Notes: a model not told the origin generated them from the sequence alone. DNA of 64,000 nucleotides from Promethearchaeota archaeon (GCA_019058015.1 JAHLWH010000258.1:2191-66190); one strand, 5' to 3'; positions 37,134 through 47,170 are shown, counted from the stretch's first letter. Made by a program: numbers and translations.

Positions 37134-39257
37134 ATGATTTTAGAGTCGGTGAAAATTAAAAATATTAGAAGTATTAAAGATCTAGAAATCGAATTTCCGC
37201 CTACAACAATGCTCTTCTTTGGAGACATTGGGAGCGGTAAATCCTCAGTATTAAAAGCAATAGAATTTGGATTATTTGGAACCTTAAATGCGGCAAATTT
37301 AAGTGGTGATTCATTATTAAGACGAGGAGAAAATACAGGTCTAGTTGAATTAACATTTTCAATTAATGGAAAGAGATATACAATAAAACGTGGATTGAAA
37401 AAAATTAAAAGAAAAAAGAAAGGAGAAGGAATAAAAGATATTACTATTTCACAAGGAATGGGCTCAATTATTGAACATTTAGACAATAATATCATGGAAG
37501 AAACTTCATATGCCCCTACTGATTTAAGGAATAAAATTCTAAACATTTTAAATTATTCAATAACACGTTATGAAAAAGCACATAAAATTCCTTTATTTCG
37601 ATATACCGTATATACCCCGCAAGAAGAAGTGAAAGAAATATTACAAGCAAAACCAGATGAGCGATTTGAAATATTAAAAGAAGTTTTTGGCATTGAAAAA
37701 TACGAGATTTCTCTTAAGAATGTTGGAATCTTAAATGATTTTTTAAATAATAAAAAAAAGGAAATCAAAATCCATCTTGATACAATTGGAGATCCAGAAT
37801 CATTAATTCCTGAAATGGAAAAAATGATAAAAGAACAAAAAGTAAAAATTGAAAAAATAAAAGTGAGCAAAAAGGAGAAAGAAAAAGAGTTAGAAAAAGA
37901 AGAATTGAATGTTGATAAAATTCAATTAGAATTAATTGAATATTCGAAAAAATTAGTTGAAATTGATAACTATCAAAAAATCGTAAATGAATCAATTCTT
38001 TTAAAAGATAAAAATGAAAAATCTTTAGAGACTTTATCAAAAGAAATTATAGATTTAGAGAAAAAAATAAAAAATCTACCTGAAATAAAATTTGAAGCAG
38101 ATTTAACAGAAGAACAACTTGAAAAAAAAATTGAGAAAAATCGTAAGAATCAATCAGAGAGAAAAGAAGATAAAGCGGTATTGGATGAAAAATTGAAAAA
38201 TATCGATATGCTCCTTAAAGAAGGAAAGTGTTCCTTATGTGGGCAAGAAATACATGAAAAAGAGAGGTTTAATTTTGAACTTAAAGACACAAAAGACAAA
38301 ATTGCACATTTATCAAAAAAAATTCAAAAATTAACTTCTGAAATTTCTCGGCATGAAACAAATTTAAAAAATTTAAGGAACTATACCACTAATCAAACAA
38401 AAAGAAAGTCCTTAAATAAATTAACTGAAGAAAAGAAAAAACGAGAAATTGAATTAACAGATTTAATTAATCAACTAAATGATAAAATAGAAAACAATCA
38501 AATTCAAATTTCAACGACTTTAAAAAATTATAAAATACAGAATTTTGAAGAGTTCAAAGAATTTGAAAATAAATTAAAATCTAAATTAGCTGATCAAAAG
38601 TATTTTGTAAAAACATTAAAAACTGCAAAATCAGAATTGGAGAAAGTACTATATGCTCAAAAAACCAATTTAGAATTATTAGAGAGAAGACTAAGTGAGT
38701 TAAATGATGATCTAAATAGGAAAAAGGTTCTTAAGGAAAAACTTGAATATATAATAGATTTGAAAAATTGGATTGCTGAAGGGTTTCAATATCTTATAAG
38801 AGATATCGAGAGAGAAATTATTTCAGCCAGTGCTCGTCAATTTAATGAATATTTTAGAGAATGGTTCAGAACTTTAGTTGAAGAAGAGAATATAGAAGTC
38901 GAGATTAGATTGGATGACTTTGAACCTGTTATTACTGTCAACGGATATGATTCTCCATTTAGAGATTTATCAGGAGGAGAAAAAAGTGCACTCTCTTTAG
39001 CATATAGACTTGCATTGAATAAAATCATAAATGAAAGGCATCAAGAAATAAAAACAAAGGACTTGATAATTTTAGATGAACCAACCGATGGGTTCAGCCA
39101 AGAACAGATAAATAAAATGCAAGATATCTTCGAAAAACTCAATATCGCTCAAATGATAATAATTTCACATGAAAGAAATCTTGATTCTTTTGTAACAGAC
39201 ATTTTTACTTTCAAAAAAGAAAATCATATTACAAAAGTTAAGAAGGAAGTCTTCTAA
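37134..39257 (+). CDS. rad50: Rad50 ATPase (short-coil archaeal type, 707 aa)
   Basis: Walker A FFGDIGSGKSS, central zinc-hook CSLCGQ (CxxC), signature LSGGEKS, and Walker B LIILDEPTDG. Starts 1 nt after the mre11 stop. Confidence 0.85.
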   Translation: MILESVKIKNIRSIKDLEIEFPPTTMLFFGDIGSGKSSVLKAIEFGLFGTLNAANLSGDSLLRRGENTGLVELTFSINGKRYTIKRGLKKIKRKKKGEGIKDITISQGMGSIIEHLDNNIMEETSYAPTDLRNKILNILNYSITRYEKAHKIPLFRYTVYTPQEEVKEILQAKPDERFEILKEVFGIEKYEISLKNVGILNDFLNNKKKEIKIHLDTIGDPESLIPEMEKMIKEQKVKIEKIKVSKKEKEKELEKEELNVDKIQLELIEYSKKLVEIDNYQKIVNESILLKDKNEKSLETLSKEIIDLEKKIKNLPEIKFEADLTEEQLEKKIEKNRKNQSERKEDKAVLDEKLKNIDMLLKEGKCSLCGQEIHEKERFNFELKDTKDKIAHLSKKIQKLTSEISRHETNLKNLRNYTTNQTKRKSLNKLTEEKKKREIELTDLINQLNDKIENNQIQISTTLKNYKIQNFEEFKEFENKLKSKLADQKYFVKTLKTAKSELEKVLYAQKTNLELLERRLSELNDDLNRKKVLKEKLEYIIDLKNWIAEGFQYLIRDIEREIISASARQFNEYFREWFRTLVEEENIEVEIRLDDFEPVITVNGYDSPFRDLSGGEKSALSLAYRLALNKIINERHQEIKTKDLIILDEPTDGFSQEQINKMQDIFEKLNIAQMIIISHERNLDSFVTDIFTFKKENHITKVKKEVF

Positions 39258-39276
39258 ATTAAAGAAGTGGACAAAA

Positions 39277-39666
39277 ATGGTAAGTAAATCAATGCTATAT
39301 AAAAAATTATATAAGAATGTTGATGAATCACCTATTCCAGATATAAATGTTGAGCAAATTAGGCAAATTTTGAGTGAAATTCAAAGGCTTCCACCTTCTG
39401 GAACCTATGAACTTAGAAAATTTCCAGTTAATTTTAGAATTGAACAAGAAGGGACTCGAAAAGATATCGAATTTCGCTATAAACATATGATGCCCGAGAT
39501 TGGAACTTCTAAAAATAGGGAACAAATTATTAGTGGGTGGAAAGATACTGGTCGAATTACTAGTGTTGATATTATCTCGTTTTTAACTAAAATAAAAAAT
39601 AATAGTAGCGAACCCAGAATATATCAAATTGGTCATCGATATTCAGGAGAGGATGATAATTTTTAA
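39277..39666 (+). CDS. hypothetical protein, last gene of the DSB-repair cluster
   Basis: 129-aa ORF starting 19 nt after the rad50 stop. No recognisable motif. Confidence 0.45.
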   Translation: MVSKSMLYKKLYKNVDESPIPDINVEQIRQILSEIQRLPPSGTYELRKFPVNFRIEQEGTRKDIEFRYKHMMPEIGTSKNREQIISGWKDTGRITSVDIISFLTKIKNNSSEPRIYQIGHRYSGEDDNF

Positions 39667-39816
39667 ACCTAATTATTTAATCATTAAAAAATTACAGCCA
39701 GATTGAAACATATACCCTTATTGTTCTACAGAAATATTTAATGAAGAAATGATAAATAGTTTTTAATAATTCTATATAAAAGATCATTGTAAAATAATAC
39801 GAATCGATTTGAATTT

Positions 39817-42800
39817 TCATTTGAATTTAATCTCACAGAAATCTGCATCACAAAATCTTTCACCCAGTGCTTCACTTTTAACTGTACTCAGGTTGAGTGG
39901 TTTTAATTTCGATTTCATTTCATGATACTGTTCTTGTGTAATTTCTTCATAAGGAGCCTGTTCATAACCGTGTTCATTCAAGGGAAGGAATGTAACTCCT
40001 TTCAACTTATCTTCGAATATTTCTAAAGCAACTTTAATATCTTTTGCTTCTTTTTCTTTAAAAGTAACTGTGATAGACACTTGATTATCAGCCCAATATT
40101 TCTGGTATGCAGCAGCATTTTCTAACTGTTCCCACATGGATACGTCTTTCTTTGCGCTTTCAAAATATTCTTCATGAATAGGGAATTCTACAACGCTTGT
40201 GTTGGGAGAGTATTTATCTGTGTGAATTTCGTATCCGGCTTCTCTCAGAAAAGGAAGCAAATCTGAATTCTCATTAAAACGAATTCTGCGAATATAATAT
40301 TCAGAATGCGGATAATGTATTCCTGGAGTCACTCCCGGAAGTAAACTTACAGTACCGCTGGGTTTTATTGAGGTCATCTTAATTGACTTAGGGGTAGTTA
40401 GCCAATCTGAATATTTTGAATCCAACTCCTTTAAGTATTTGTAACCTTTTTCACACCATTTAAATATTTCCCTACGCCCTTGTTTAATAAAGGCATTAAT
40501 TATACCCGATTGGGAAGTGCCAATTCTTCTGTTTTTGCCCATAATTGCATTTGTTTGCTTCCAATGTGTATTTAGTATAGTAACTGATTTTGCATAAAGA
40601 TAAGCATATTTAAGTGTATCTTGAAACTCCTCGTAGGATTCATGATTTGAAGGAAATGTTTCAACCAAGCAACATTGATATGTTAGGATATTTCCAAAGA
40701 CTCCCATATGTCTTTTTGGCTCATTAAAACAATATACTGGTTCTTTAATATTGAGATACTCTATTTTTATTATTTTTTGCTTTCGCGCCCTATCTATCAT
40801 TTTACCGTTTGGATGGGCATTATTTATACCATATCTAGAGCCAATTTTTTTAGGATTAATTTTTTTTATTCTAGTTGGGATTTCTTCGCATTCATAGGAT
40901 GGGATTAAACATACCCAAATATCTTTCTTTCTTATCGTTTTTTTTCCAGAAATCTCAATTTTTTCACCCTTTTTTTTCATTAATCGTATGGACATATGAT
41001 TAATTCCTACTCTGCGGAGCAATATCTGCAAATCTTTAATATTTTTTTCACTTCCAAAAATTCTATAATTTTCTGTATTTGGATTTTTTTGAACATTACC
41101 ATCAGAATCAATCCAACCAGCTATGAATTCTAGTATTGATTTTTTACTCATCTCGAAAACCCAATCCTCTAAGCCATCATTTTTTCGCAACATTTTACAT
41201 TTTTCTAAATTAAGCACCTCTTTCATATTTACCCTCGCATAAGGTTTTTTATGTATTGGGGAGGTTTGTTCCTTATACCACTTACCAGCTATTTTAGCTT
41301 CTAATAATTCCTTTTTACTATCGTAAAGAATTAACATGGGCCGCTCATAGTATTTGCCTTTATCAATGTATCCATCACCAATCATTAATCCATATTCATA
41401 AGCGTAAGGTTCAGTTGAGCATTTAATTTCTCCTAAATTCCATTCTGGCATTTTATCTCCAATCTTTAATTCTTCAGCCCTTTTCTTCGCGGGTTTTCGT
41501 TTCGTTTTTCCCAATGCATGAAATTCATGATATTTAGTGGTATCGAGATATGAACCATCAGAAAAATGCACTCTCACCAATTCTGCGCTTGGTGAAGTCA
41601 TTTGCACAGTGGTTGTACTCCATTCTTTACCATTCCATAATTTAACGACTTTATCTTTGAGATCCTTAATTTTATAACAACCATCTATAGTATGAATCCT
41701 GGTATCTCCGCGTACACATAGCTCATATGATTCAAGACTTTGCTCTCCACAAGGATTTACGCCAGCCACTTTTTTGTCTTTATAATCGGGTGGTTCAGCC
41801 ATTCTTGAATAGGCTCTTGAATTTTCTAACCACAATACACCTGGCTCTCCATTTTTTGCAATTTGTTCAGCAACAAATGAATAGTCCATACCAAGTTTTG
41901 CAAATATTGAATTATTACTCGCCCAGCGGTGGGACGTTAATTTCTCCTTATCTTGCTTCATAGTTATAAATTCTGTATCATTTATATCTCCAAGGGCTAT
42001 TTCGGCGCTTCTTCTTACATTTCCAGCTACCACACATTTGCCAATAAAATTCATAATATCAACAATATCTATAGAACGAAGTTTATCTCCAAGGCGTTGA
42101 TCTAAAAGATCCTTAATGTTTTTAATCATTTTTTCAAGCGGTTCTGGTCCAGAGGCGATTCCTCCAAACCCCCTAATTAATTCTCCCGCCGGTCTTATTA
42201 AGGAATAATCCAATTTTGGTATGGTTTTTTCAAAAAAATATGCCTCTAAAGTATATTTTAGTGCTTCAACCCATCCTTCTCTGCTATCTGGAATGCGAAA
42301 TAGAAAATCATCTTCTTTTGGTTTCTTAATGATTATTTTTCCAGCCCCTTTTGTGTCAAATCCAACCCCAACCCCAAGCATTAATGCATCCATTGTCCAT
42401 TCAAATGGGATCGTCCCTTTAATATCTATATCCTCAGTTGAGGCAAAACCGCAATTATTAAGGGCCATAGAGCCATGTCTATCAATAAATGGGGTTCCCA
42501 TTATCCATAATCCACGACCTGGAGCAATAAATTTAAAATCCCACATTTTTTGATACATTATTTGAGCGGATTTTTGAGCTTTATCTTCGCTCCATGGTAA
42601 ACCCAATTTTACACAATGTTCTTTTTGAATTGAGAAACATCCTTCAACAACTCTCTTTAGAGTTTCCCAAAATTCTTCCTTACGATTTTCTTTTTCGATA
42701 TATCTTGCATAAGTTCTTTTATAAGTAATATAACCTAAGGGACCCCATTTCGGCTGAATTTCTTTAAATTTTTCAATAAAATCTTCATCTAAAGAGAATT

Positions 42801-43122
42801 TGGTCATACTAATGTTAATATAGCGAGCATAAATGTTTCTAAATTTTTCTAATCCTCTTGTAGTTAATTCAAGGCATACTATCTCTCTAATATACGTGGA
42901 AGAAACTCTTTTTAATCCTTGTCCAATTATTTTTCGGAGGACTTCCTGAGCAATTTCCTCACAAGTCTCAAATTCCAATCCAGTTTCTCTATTAATTGAT
43001 CTTGCGATATATGTAATATCAAAATCTTTAAGTATACCTTTAGAATTGATTACATATTTAGGGTATAAATCGATTAAACTGAAATCCTCATCATTTTCAT
43101 TAAAATCTACCAATTTTTTCAT
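39817..43122 (-). CDS. nrdJ: Class II (adenosylcobalamin-dependent) ribonucleotide reductase, intein-containing
   Basis: ATP-cone-like N-terminus, NNCGF, the VNPCGEQSL active-site finger loop, and a C-terminal region typical of NrdJ. Interrupted by a 348-aa intein after ...ESYEL. Confidence 0.8.
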   Translation of the reverse strand: MKKLVDFNENDEDFSLIDLYPKYVINSKGILKDFDITYIARSINRETGLEFETCEEIAQEVLRKIIGQGLKRVSSTYIREIVCLELTTRGLEKFRNIYARYINISMTKFSLDEDFIEKFKEIQPKWGPLGYITYKRTYARYIEKENRKEEFWETLKRVVEGCFSIQKEHCVKLGLPWSEDKAQKSAQIMYQKMWDFKFIAPGRGLWIMGTPFIDRHGSMALNNCGFASTEDIDIKGTIPFEWTMDALMLGVGVGFDTKGAGKIIIKKPKEDDFLFRIPDSREGWVEALKYTLEAYFFEKTIPKLDYSLIRPAGELIRGFGGIASGPEPLEKMIKNIKDLLDQRLGDKLRSIDIVDIMNFIGKCVVAGNVRRSAEIALGDINDTEFITMKQDKEKLTSHRWASNNSIFAKLGMDYSFVAEQIAKNGEPGVLWLENSRAYSRMAEPPDYKDKKVAGVNPCGEQSLESYELCVRGDTRIHTIDGCYKIKDLKDKVVKLWNGKEWSTTTVQMTSPSAELVRVHFSDGSYLDTTKYHEFHALGKTKRKPAKKRAEELKIGDKMPEWNLGEIKCSTEPYAYEYGLMIGDGYIDKGKYYERPMLILYDSKKELLEAKIAGKWYKEQTSPIHKKPYARVNMKEVLNLEKCKMLRKNDGLEDWVFEMSKKSILEFIAGWIDSDGNVQKNPNTENYRIFGSEKNIKDLQILLRRVGINHMSIRLMKKKGEKIEISGKKTIRKKDIWVCLIPSYECEEIPTRIKKINPKKIGSRYGINNAHPNGKMIDRARKQKIIKIEYLNIKEPVYCFNEPKRHMGVFGNILTYQCCLVETFPSNHESYEEFQDTLKYAYLYAKSVTILNTHWKQTNAIMGKNRRIGTSQSGIINAFIKQGRREIFKWCEKGYKYLKELDSKYSDWLTTPKSIKMTSIKPSGTVSLLPGVTPGIHYPHSEYYIRRIRFNENSDLLPFLREAGYEIHTDKYSPNTSVVEFPIHEEYFESAKKDVSMWEQLENAAAYQKYWADNQVSITVTFKEKEAKDIKVALEIFEDKLKGVTFLPLNEHGYEQAPYEEITQEQYHEMKSKLKPLNLSTVKSEALGERFCDADFCEIKFK
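40675..41718 (-). mobile_element. Intein with LAGLIDADG homing-endonuclease domain inside nrdJ (residues 469-816)
   Basis: Block A CVRGDTRIHTIDG (Cys1 codon 41716-41718), block B TTKYHEFH, LAGLIDADG motifs YEYGLMIGDGYI and EFIAGWIDSDGNV, block F VYCFNEPKRHMGVFGN, and block G ILTYQ followed by a +1 Cys (Gln codon 40675-40677). Confidence 0.8.
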
Positions 43123-43452
43123 ACTCTCCCTTAATAAAAATAAAAATTATTCTTTTTAATTCCATTGATTTTAGAAGTTCCAAAATATTTAAGAATATTT
43201 ATTGTAGCATTAACATTTAGAGGAATTTTCTTTTTAAATATAAAGAGAGAATCGACATAATATAAAAAATATCATTTTTATAAAATATCAACAATTACAG
43301 AGAATTTTAATATTAAAAAATTTCATCAGTTTTATAATTAAACACATACTAAAATTCAGTCAAAAACAATAAAGATATAAAAAATTAGAATTAATTATAA
43401 AACTATAAAAATTATTTATATCATTGTAATATATTTCAATTTGGGTAAAATC

Positions 43453-44109
43453 ATGTCAGAAAAAGATTTTGAACCACTCACTTCTCAGCTTGGAATTGCT
43501 GGGACTTCCTACAGATTACAGTTAGGACTAATTAATGAAAAATGGGCATCTAGATTAATGAAAGGAAAGGATGCTATTATTGATTCTTATATTTACGATA
43601 ATGTTGAGGGAATTACACCAAATGGAAATCGTATCGTCAGTTGGGTCCTCAAAACAGTTGCAATCCCAAATATAAATCCTCATCAAATTATGAAAACAAC
43701 TCAATTTTTATTGAGACAAGCAAGAGAGAATAAAGATAAAAAGAAAGTTATAGTCCCAATTCAAGAAGCGAAGGAAGTACAGTTAGATAAGGTACCAGAA
43801 TCAGAATTAAAAAGGCCTAGAACTCAAGGGTGGGTTAAGGAAGAATTATCAGAACGGGAAAGATTTTTCCAAAGAACGAAAGCTAAAGCAATTTCTCAAA
43901 AAAATGATGTAGAAAAAGAATCAATTATCCAAGAAAAATCTCCTGAAATAATTTTTACTAAGAAAGAACTTCCCAAGATTCCATCTAAAGATACTGCTGA
44001 AACAGAAGAGTTAAAAGAAAAACATTTAGGAAAGGTTTTTTGTCCTTTCTGTGGTTTTCATATAAAGCATTGCCCAAGTTGTGGGAAGGAATTCAAGGAC
44101 TACAATTAA
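43453..44109 (+). CDS. hypothetical protein with C-terminal CxxC-x8-CxxC zinc ribbon
   Basis: Ends ...VFCPFCGFHIKHCPSCGKEFKDYN. Lysine/glutamate-rich middle. Upstream of, and co-directional with, the MPN pair. The ORF track starts at TTG 43441. Confidence 0.5.
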   Translation: MSEKDFEPLTSQLGIAGTSYRLQLGLINEKWASRLMKGKDAIIDSYIYDNVEGITPNGNRIVSWVLKTVAIPNINPHQIMKTTQFLLRQARENKDKKKVIVPIQEAKEVQLDKVPESELKRPRTQGWVKEELSERERFFQRTKAKAISQKNDVEKESIIQEKSPEIIFTKKELPKIPSKDTAETEELKEKHLGKVFCPFCGFHIKHCPSCGKEFKDYN

Positions 44110-44316
44110 TCCTCTTTTTAATGTTTTTTTTAAAAATTAACTTTGAGTGATAAATTTTAGATTAATTTAGATTATATCTTCAAAATTAATATTAAATTTA
44201 AATTAAACACAGCTAATTAGAATAATAATTGAATTTGGATAATATTATAAAAACTTAAAAAATAATATTGGTATAGGAAAATTAAAATGAGATTAATTAA
44301 TTAAGAAGTTTTGAAT

Positions 44317-45732
44317 ATGGCACACACACAAAAGCAAAATTTCATTGATAACTCGAAGGTAATCATTAAACCATTAGCTTATTATAAAATGCTTGTTCAT
44401 GTTTTACGGTTTGGTTCAAAAATTAAGGATCCTGATAATTACCGTGAATGTATGGGTGTATTATTAGGGGAATTAGCAGGTTCTGGAGAAATTAAAGATG
44501 TTATAATACATGATGCGGTTCCAATAAATCATGGAGGTCAAATTGAAGTACAATTTTCAGAAGCCGATTATATATCTTTTGCAAGTATAGATGCAGAGGT
44601 TGCTGATAAGGGTTGGTTTTCCGTTGGCTGGTACCACTCTCATCCTGGTCTAGGCGTCTTTTTCTCAGCAGTTGACCTCATAAATCAATTAGGATTTCAA
44701 AATCCAAATCCCAGTGCAATTGGAATTGTCTTCGATCATGAACTATTAGAGGAGCAAGGAAATATGGGTTTTAAAATCTTTCGATTAGATAAACCATCTT
44801 TTACGGAAATACCAACTAGTTATCATGAGGTAAAATATATCGTAGACCTTCCTGATAATATTGGATTTTATCATGAAATTAAAAATTTAATAGATTGCAT
44901 ACATAAAAAAGAACCTGTTATTTTAGAAATTAATGAAACTCCAGATATATTTGGAGAAATTTCTATTCCTAGTCAAAGTCAAATGATGGCAAAACAACCT
45001 GATTTAAATTTAGTAGTACTATTACAATCATTGAATGATGGTATTTCAAAATTTACTTATTCATTCTTTGAACCATTAATTAGATATTTAAACCAATGGG
45101 GTCATAAAACAACTAAATTAACAACTGATATCAATCTAAAAACTAGAAAAGGTCTAATAACTCTAAAGGATAACTTATCAAATGGTCTAAGGGAATTACA
45201 CACCTGGACTAAATTTGCAATTATGGACATATTTAGAGATATGGAAACATATATTGATGATAAATTAGATACATTAGATATTAATAAAAATGCATTAAAA
45301 AGTTCTATTCACCAATTAAAAGATACTATTGAATCGAATATATCTAAAATATTCACAGAACAAATAAATACACTAATTAATGAAACAGATTCATTAATCA
45401 ATAACAGTAAAGAAAAATTTACTTCATTAAAATCTAGTTATGAGAATAATTCTAATCATATAATTCAAAATACTAAATTAATTGATGAGGTTTCCAGGAA
45501 AATTAATCAACTAGATAATAAAACGGTGCAAGAAATAGATTCAAACACAGAAAAGATTAAAAAACAATTAGAAAAAACTCTAATGCCTTTAATAAAGGAA
45601 ATTAATGAAATTAAAAAGAAGCAAGAAGATTTTGTTAGTTCTTTAGATTCTACTATTTCAATCTTAGATAAAGTGTCTAATAACATTCAAAAATTAAAAA
45701 ATATTAACAACAAAAATCAAGGAGGTTCTTAA
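44317..45732 (+). CDS. JAMM/MPN+ domain protein with ~280-aa C-terminal coiled-coil tail (paralog A)
   Basis: ECMGVLLGE plus WYHSHPGLGVFFSAVD (the full H-x-H-x7-S-x2-D, nt 44635-44676). The C-terminus is N/K/E/I/L-rich repetitive helical sequence. The ORF track starts at TTG 44311. Confidence 0.8.
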   Translation: MAHTQKQNFIDNSKVIIKPLAYYKMLVHVLRFGSKIKDPDNYRECMGVLLGELAGSGEIKDVIIHDAVPINHGGQIEVQFSEADYISFASIDAEVADKGWFSVGWYHSHPGLGVFFSAVDLINQLGFQNPNPSAIGIVFDHELLEEQGNMGFKIFRLDKPSFTEIPTSYHEVKYIVDLPDNIGFYHEIKNLIDCIHKKEPVILEINETPDIFGEISIPSQSQMMAKQPDLNLVVLLQSLNDGISKFTYSFFEPLIRYLNQWGHKTTKLTTDINLKTRKGLITLKDNLSNGLRELHTWTKFAIMDIFRDMETYIDDKLDTLDINKNALKSSIHQLKDTIESNISKIFTEQINTLINETDSLINNSKEKFTSLKSSYENNSNHIIQNTKLIDEVSRKINQLDNKTVQEIDSNTEKIKKQLEKTLMPLIKEINEIKKKQEDFVSSLDSTISILDKVSNNIQKLKNINNKNQGGS

Positions 45733-45735
45733 AAA

Positions 45736-47148
45736 ATGTCTCCAGAACCACCTCCAAGTAAAGGATTCAAGCCACCTGGCAAAAGACTTTCTCAAGATAA
45801 AGTAGTTGTTAAAGATTTTTCACATGAAGGAAAAGTAATAATAAAATCAGACGCTTTTATTACTATGATTTCTCATGTTTTACGCTTCGGTAACGAAGGT
45901 CTTGAGAAAAGCGTAGAAGTTCTAGGTGTTTGTATCGGAAAAAAGGCAGAAAAAAAAAATCTAATTTGTTATGAAGCTGTTCCTATAAAACATGGATCAA
46001 GTATTGATATCGAATTTAATGATCTAGATTACAAGAAATTTGCTTCTATTGATGAAGAGGCTAATAAAAAGAATATGTCAATAATTGGTTGGTATCATAG
46101 CCACCCGAGATTAGGATTAATTTTTACAAATATAGATATTAAAAATCATTTATTTTGGCAAAAGGAAGGAACACCCGATGCCTTTGCAGTTGTATTTGAT
46201 CATTCACTAATGGGAAAAAATGATTCATTTGGGTTTAAATCCTTCAGATTAGATAATTATCAATTAGGTGAAAAAAGTGATTATCATGAAATTGTTGTTG
46301 AAGTCGAGCCTCCAGAATCCTTAGATTTTTTCAAAATTATTAAAAATCTAGTTGAAGAATCCCAAAAAGAAAGTCCCATTATAATAAAAGAATATGATGA
46401 AATTGGAGACCTTCAAGAAATTCCTAAACCTACTGAAGGAGAGATAGTTGAAATAAAAGAGGAATCTCCCTTAAAGCCTACTATGGATGGTTTTATGAAG
46501 GGCACCCAAGAACTTAAAGACAATTTTTTACCAACATTTCAAGACAAAATAAATAAATGGACGCATGATATTACAGTTGGTACTTCTAAGAGTTCAGCTT
46601 TTATATCTAATACTATTTCTACTATGCAGAATTCAACAGATTTAGGTATTAAAAAAGTAGAAGAATGGTTTGAAAAGACTTTATCAACTCAAATGGAAGA
46701 ATTTAAATTGGAAATTAAAAACCAAGTACAAGAAAGATTAGATTTTGAAATTGAACTTATAAAAGAAATTAATGATAACATTGATCTTATCGTTGAAGAC
46801 ATTGTCAAGATTATCAATGAGAATATTACTCAAAAAATTAATGAAATTGGAGAAAAAATAAAACAAAATTCAAAAATTTTTGAGGATTTGGAAAAAATTC
46901 AAGAAAAAATCACTCAAGATGTAAATAAACAAACTGAAATCGTTAATAATACAAATGAAAATACGGAAAAAACAATATCGGGAATAAATCAGAAAGTTAA
47001 TACAATATCAACCAAATTCAACGAGATCTTAAATGAGGAAATTAATAATATCTCAGATGGATTATCTGTAATTAAAGAACAAACTGAAAAATTTGCCTTT
47101 CAATTAGAAACATTACAAAAATCTATTAAGAAAGTAAAAAAAATATAA
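45736..47148 (+). CDS. JAMM/MPN domain protein with ~280-aa C-terminal coiled-coil tail (paralog B, Ser->Thr in the JAMM motif)
   Basis: VEVLGVCIGK plus WYHSHPRLGLIFTNID (nt 46096-46137). Pro-rich N-terminal extension MSPEPPPSKGFKPPGK. Starts 3 nt after the paralog A stop. Confidence 0.8.
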   Translation: MSPEPPPSKGFKPPGKRLSQDKVVVKDFSHEGKVIIKSDAFITMISHVLRFGNEGLEKSVEVLGVCIGKKAEKKNLICYEAVPIKHGSSIDIEFNDLDYKKFASIDEEANKKNMSIIGWYHSHPRLGLIFTNIDIKNHLFWQKEGTPDAFAVVFDHSLMGKNDSFGFKSFRLDNYQLGEKSDYHEIVVEVEPPESLDFFKIIKNLVEESQKESPIIIKEYDEIGDLQEIPKPTEGEIVEIKEESPLKPTMDGFMKGTQELKDNFLPTFQDKINKWTHDITVGTSKSSAFISNTISTMQNSTDLGIKKVEEWFEKTLSTQMEEFKLEIKNQVQERLDFEIELIKEINDNIDLIVEDIVKIINENITQKINEIGEKIKQNSKIFEDLEKIQEKITQDVNKQTEIVNNTNENTEKTISGINQKVNTISTKFNEILNEEINNISDGLSVIKEQTEKFAFQLETLQKSIKKVKKI

Positions 47149-47170
47149 CTCCTTTTTTAATTCGATAGGT

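Noticed and set aside
43123-43452. Calling specific BRE/TATA promoter elements in this and other divergent intergenic regions (16543-16825, 20654-20964, 25206-25457)
   Set aside because: The intergenic DNA is almost pure A/T, so TATA-like strings occur every few bases. Without transcript 5' ends, any single call would be arbitrary.
45730-45738. Possible read-through between the two tandem MPN genes (same frame, TAA-AAA-ATG)
   Set aside because: The second gene has its own ATG three nt after the stop and a distinct N-terminal extension. Sharing a frame has a 1-in-3 chance expectation, so there is no evidence for recoding.
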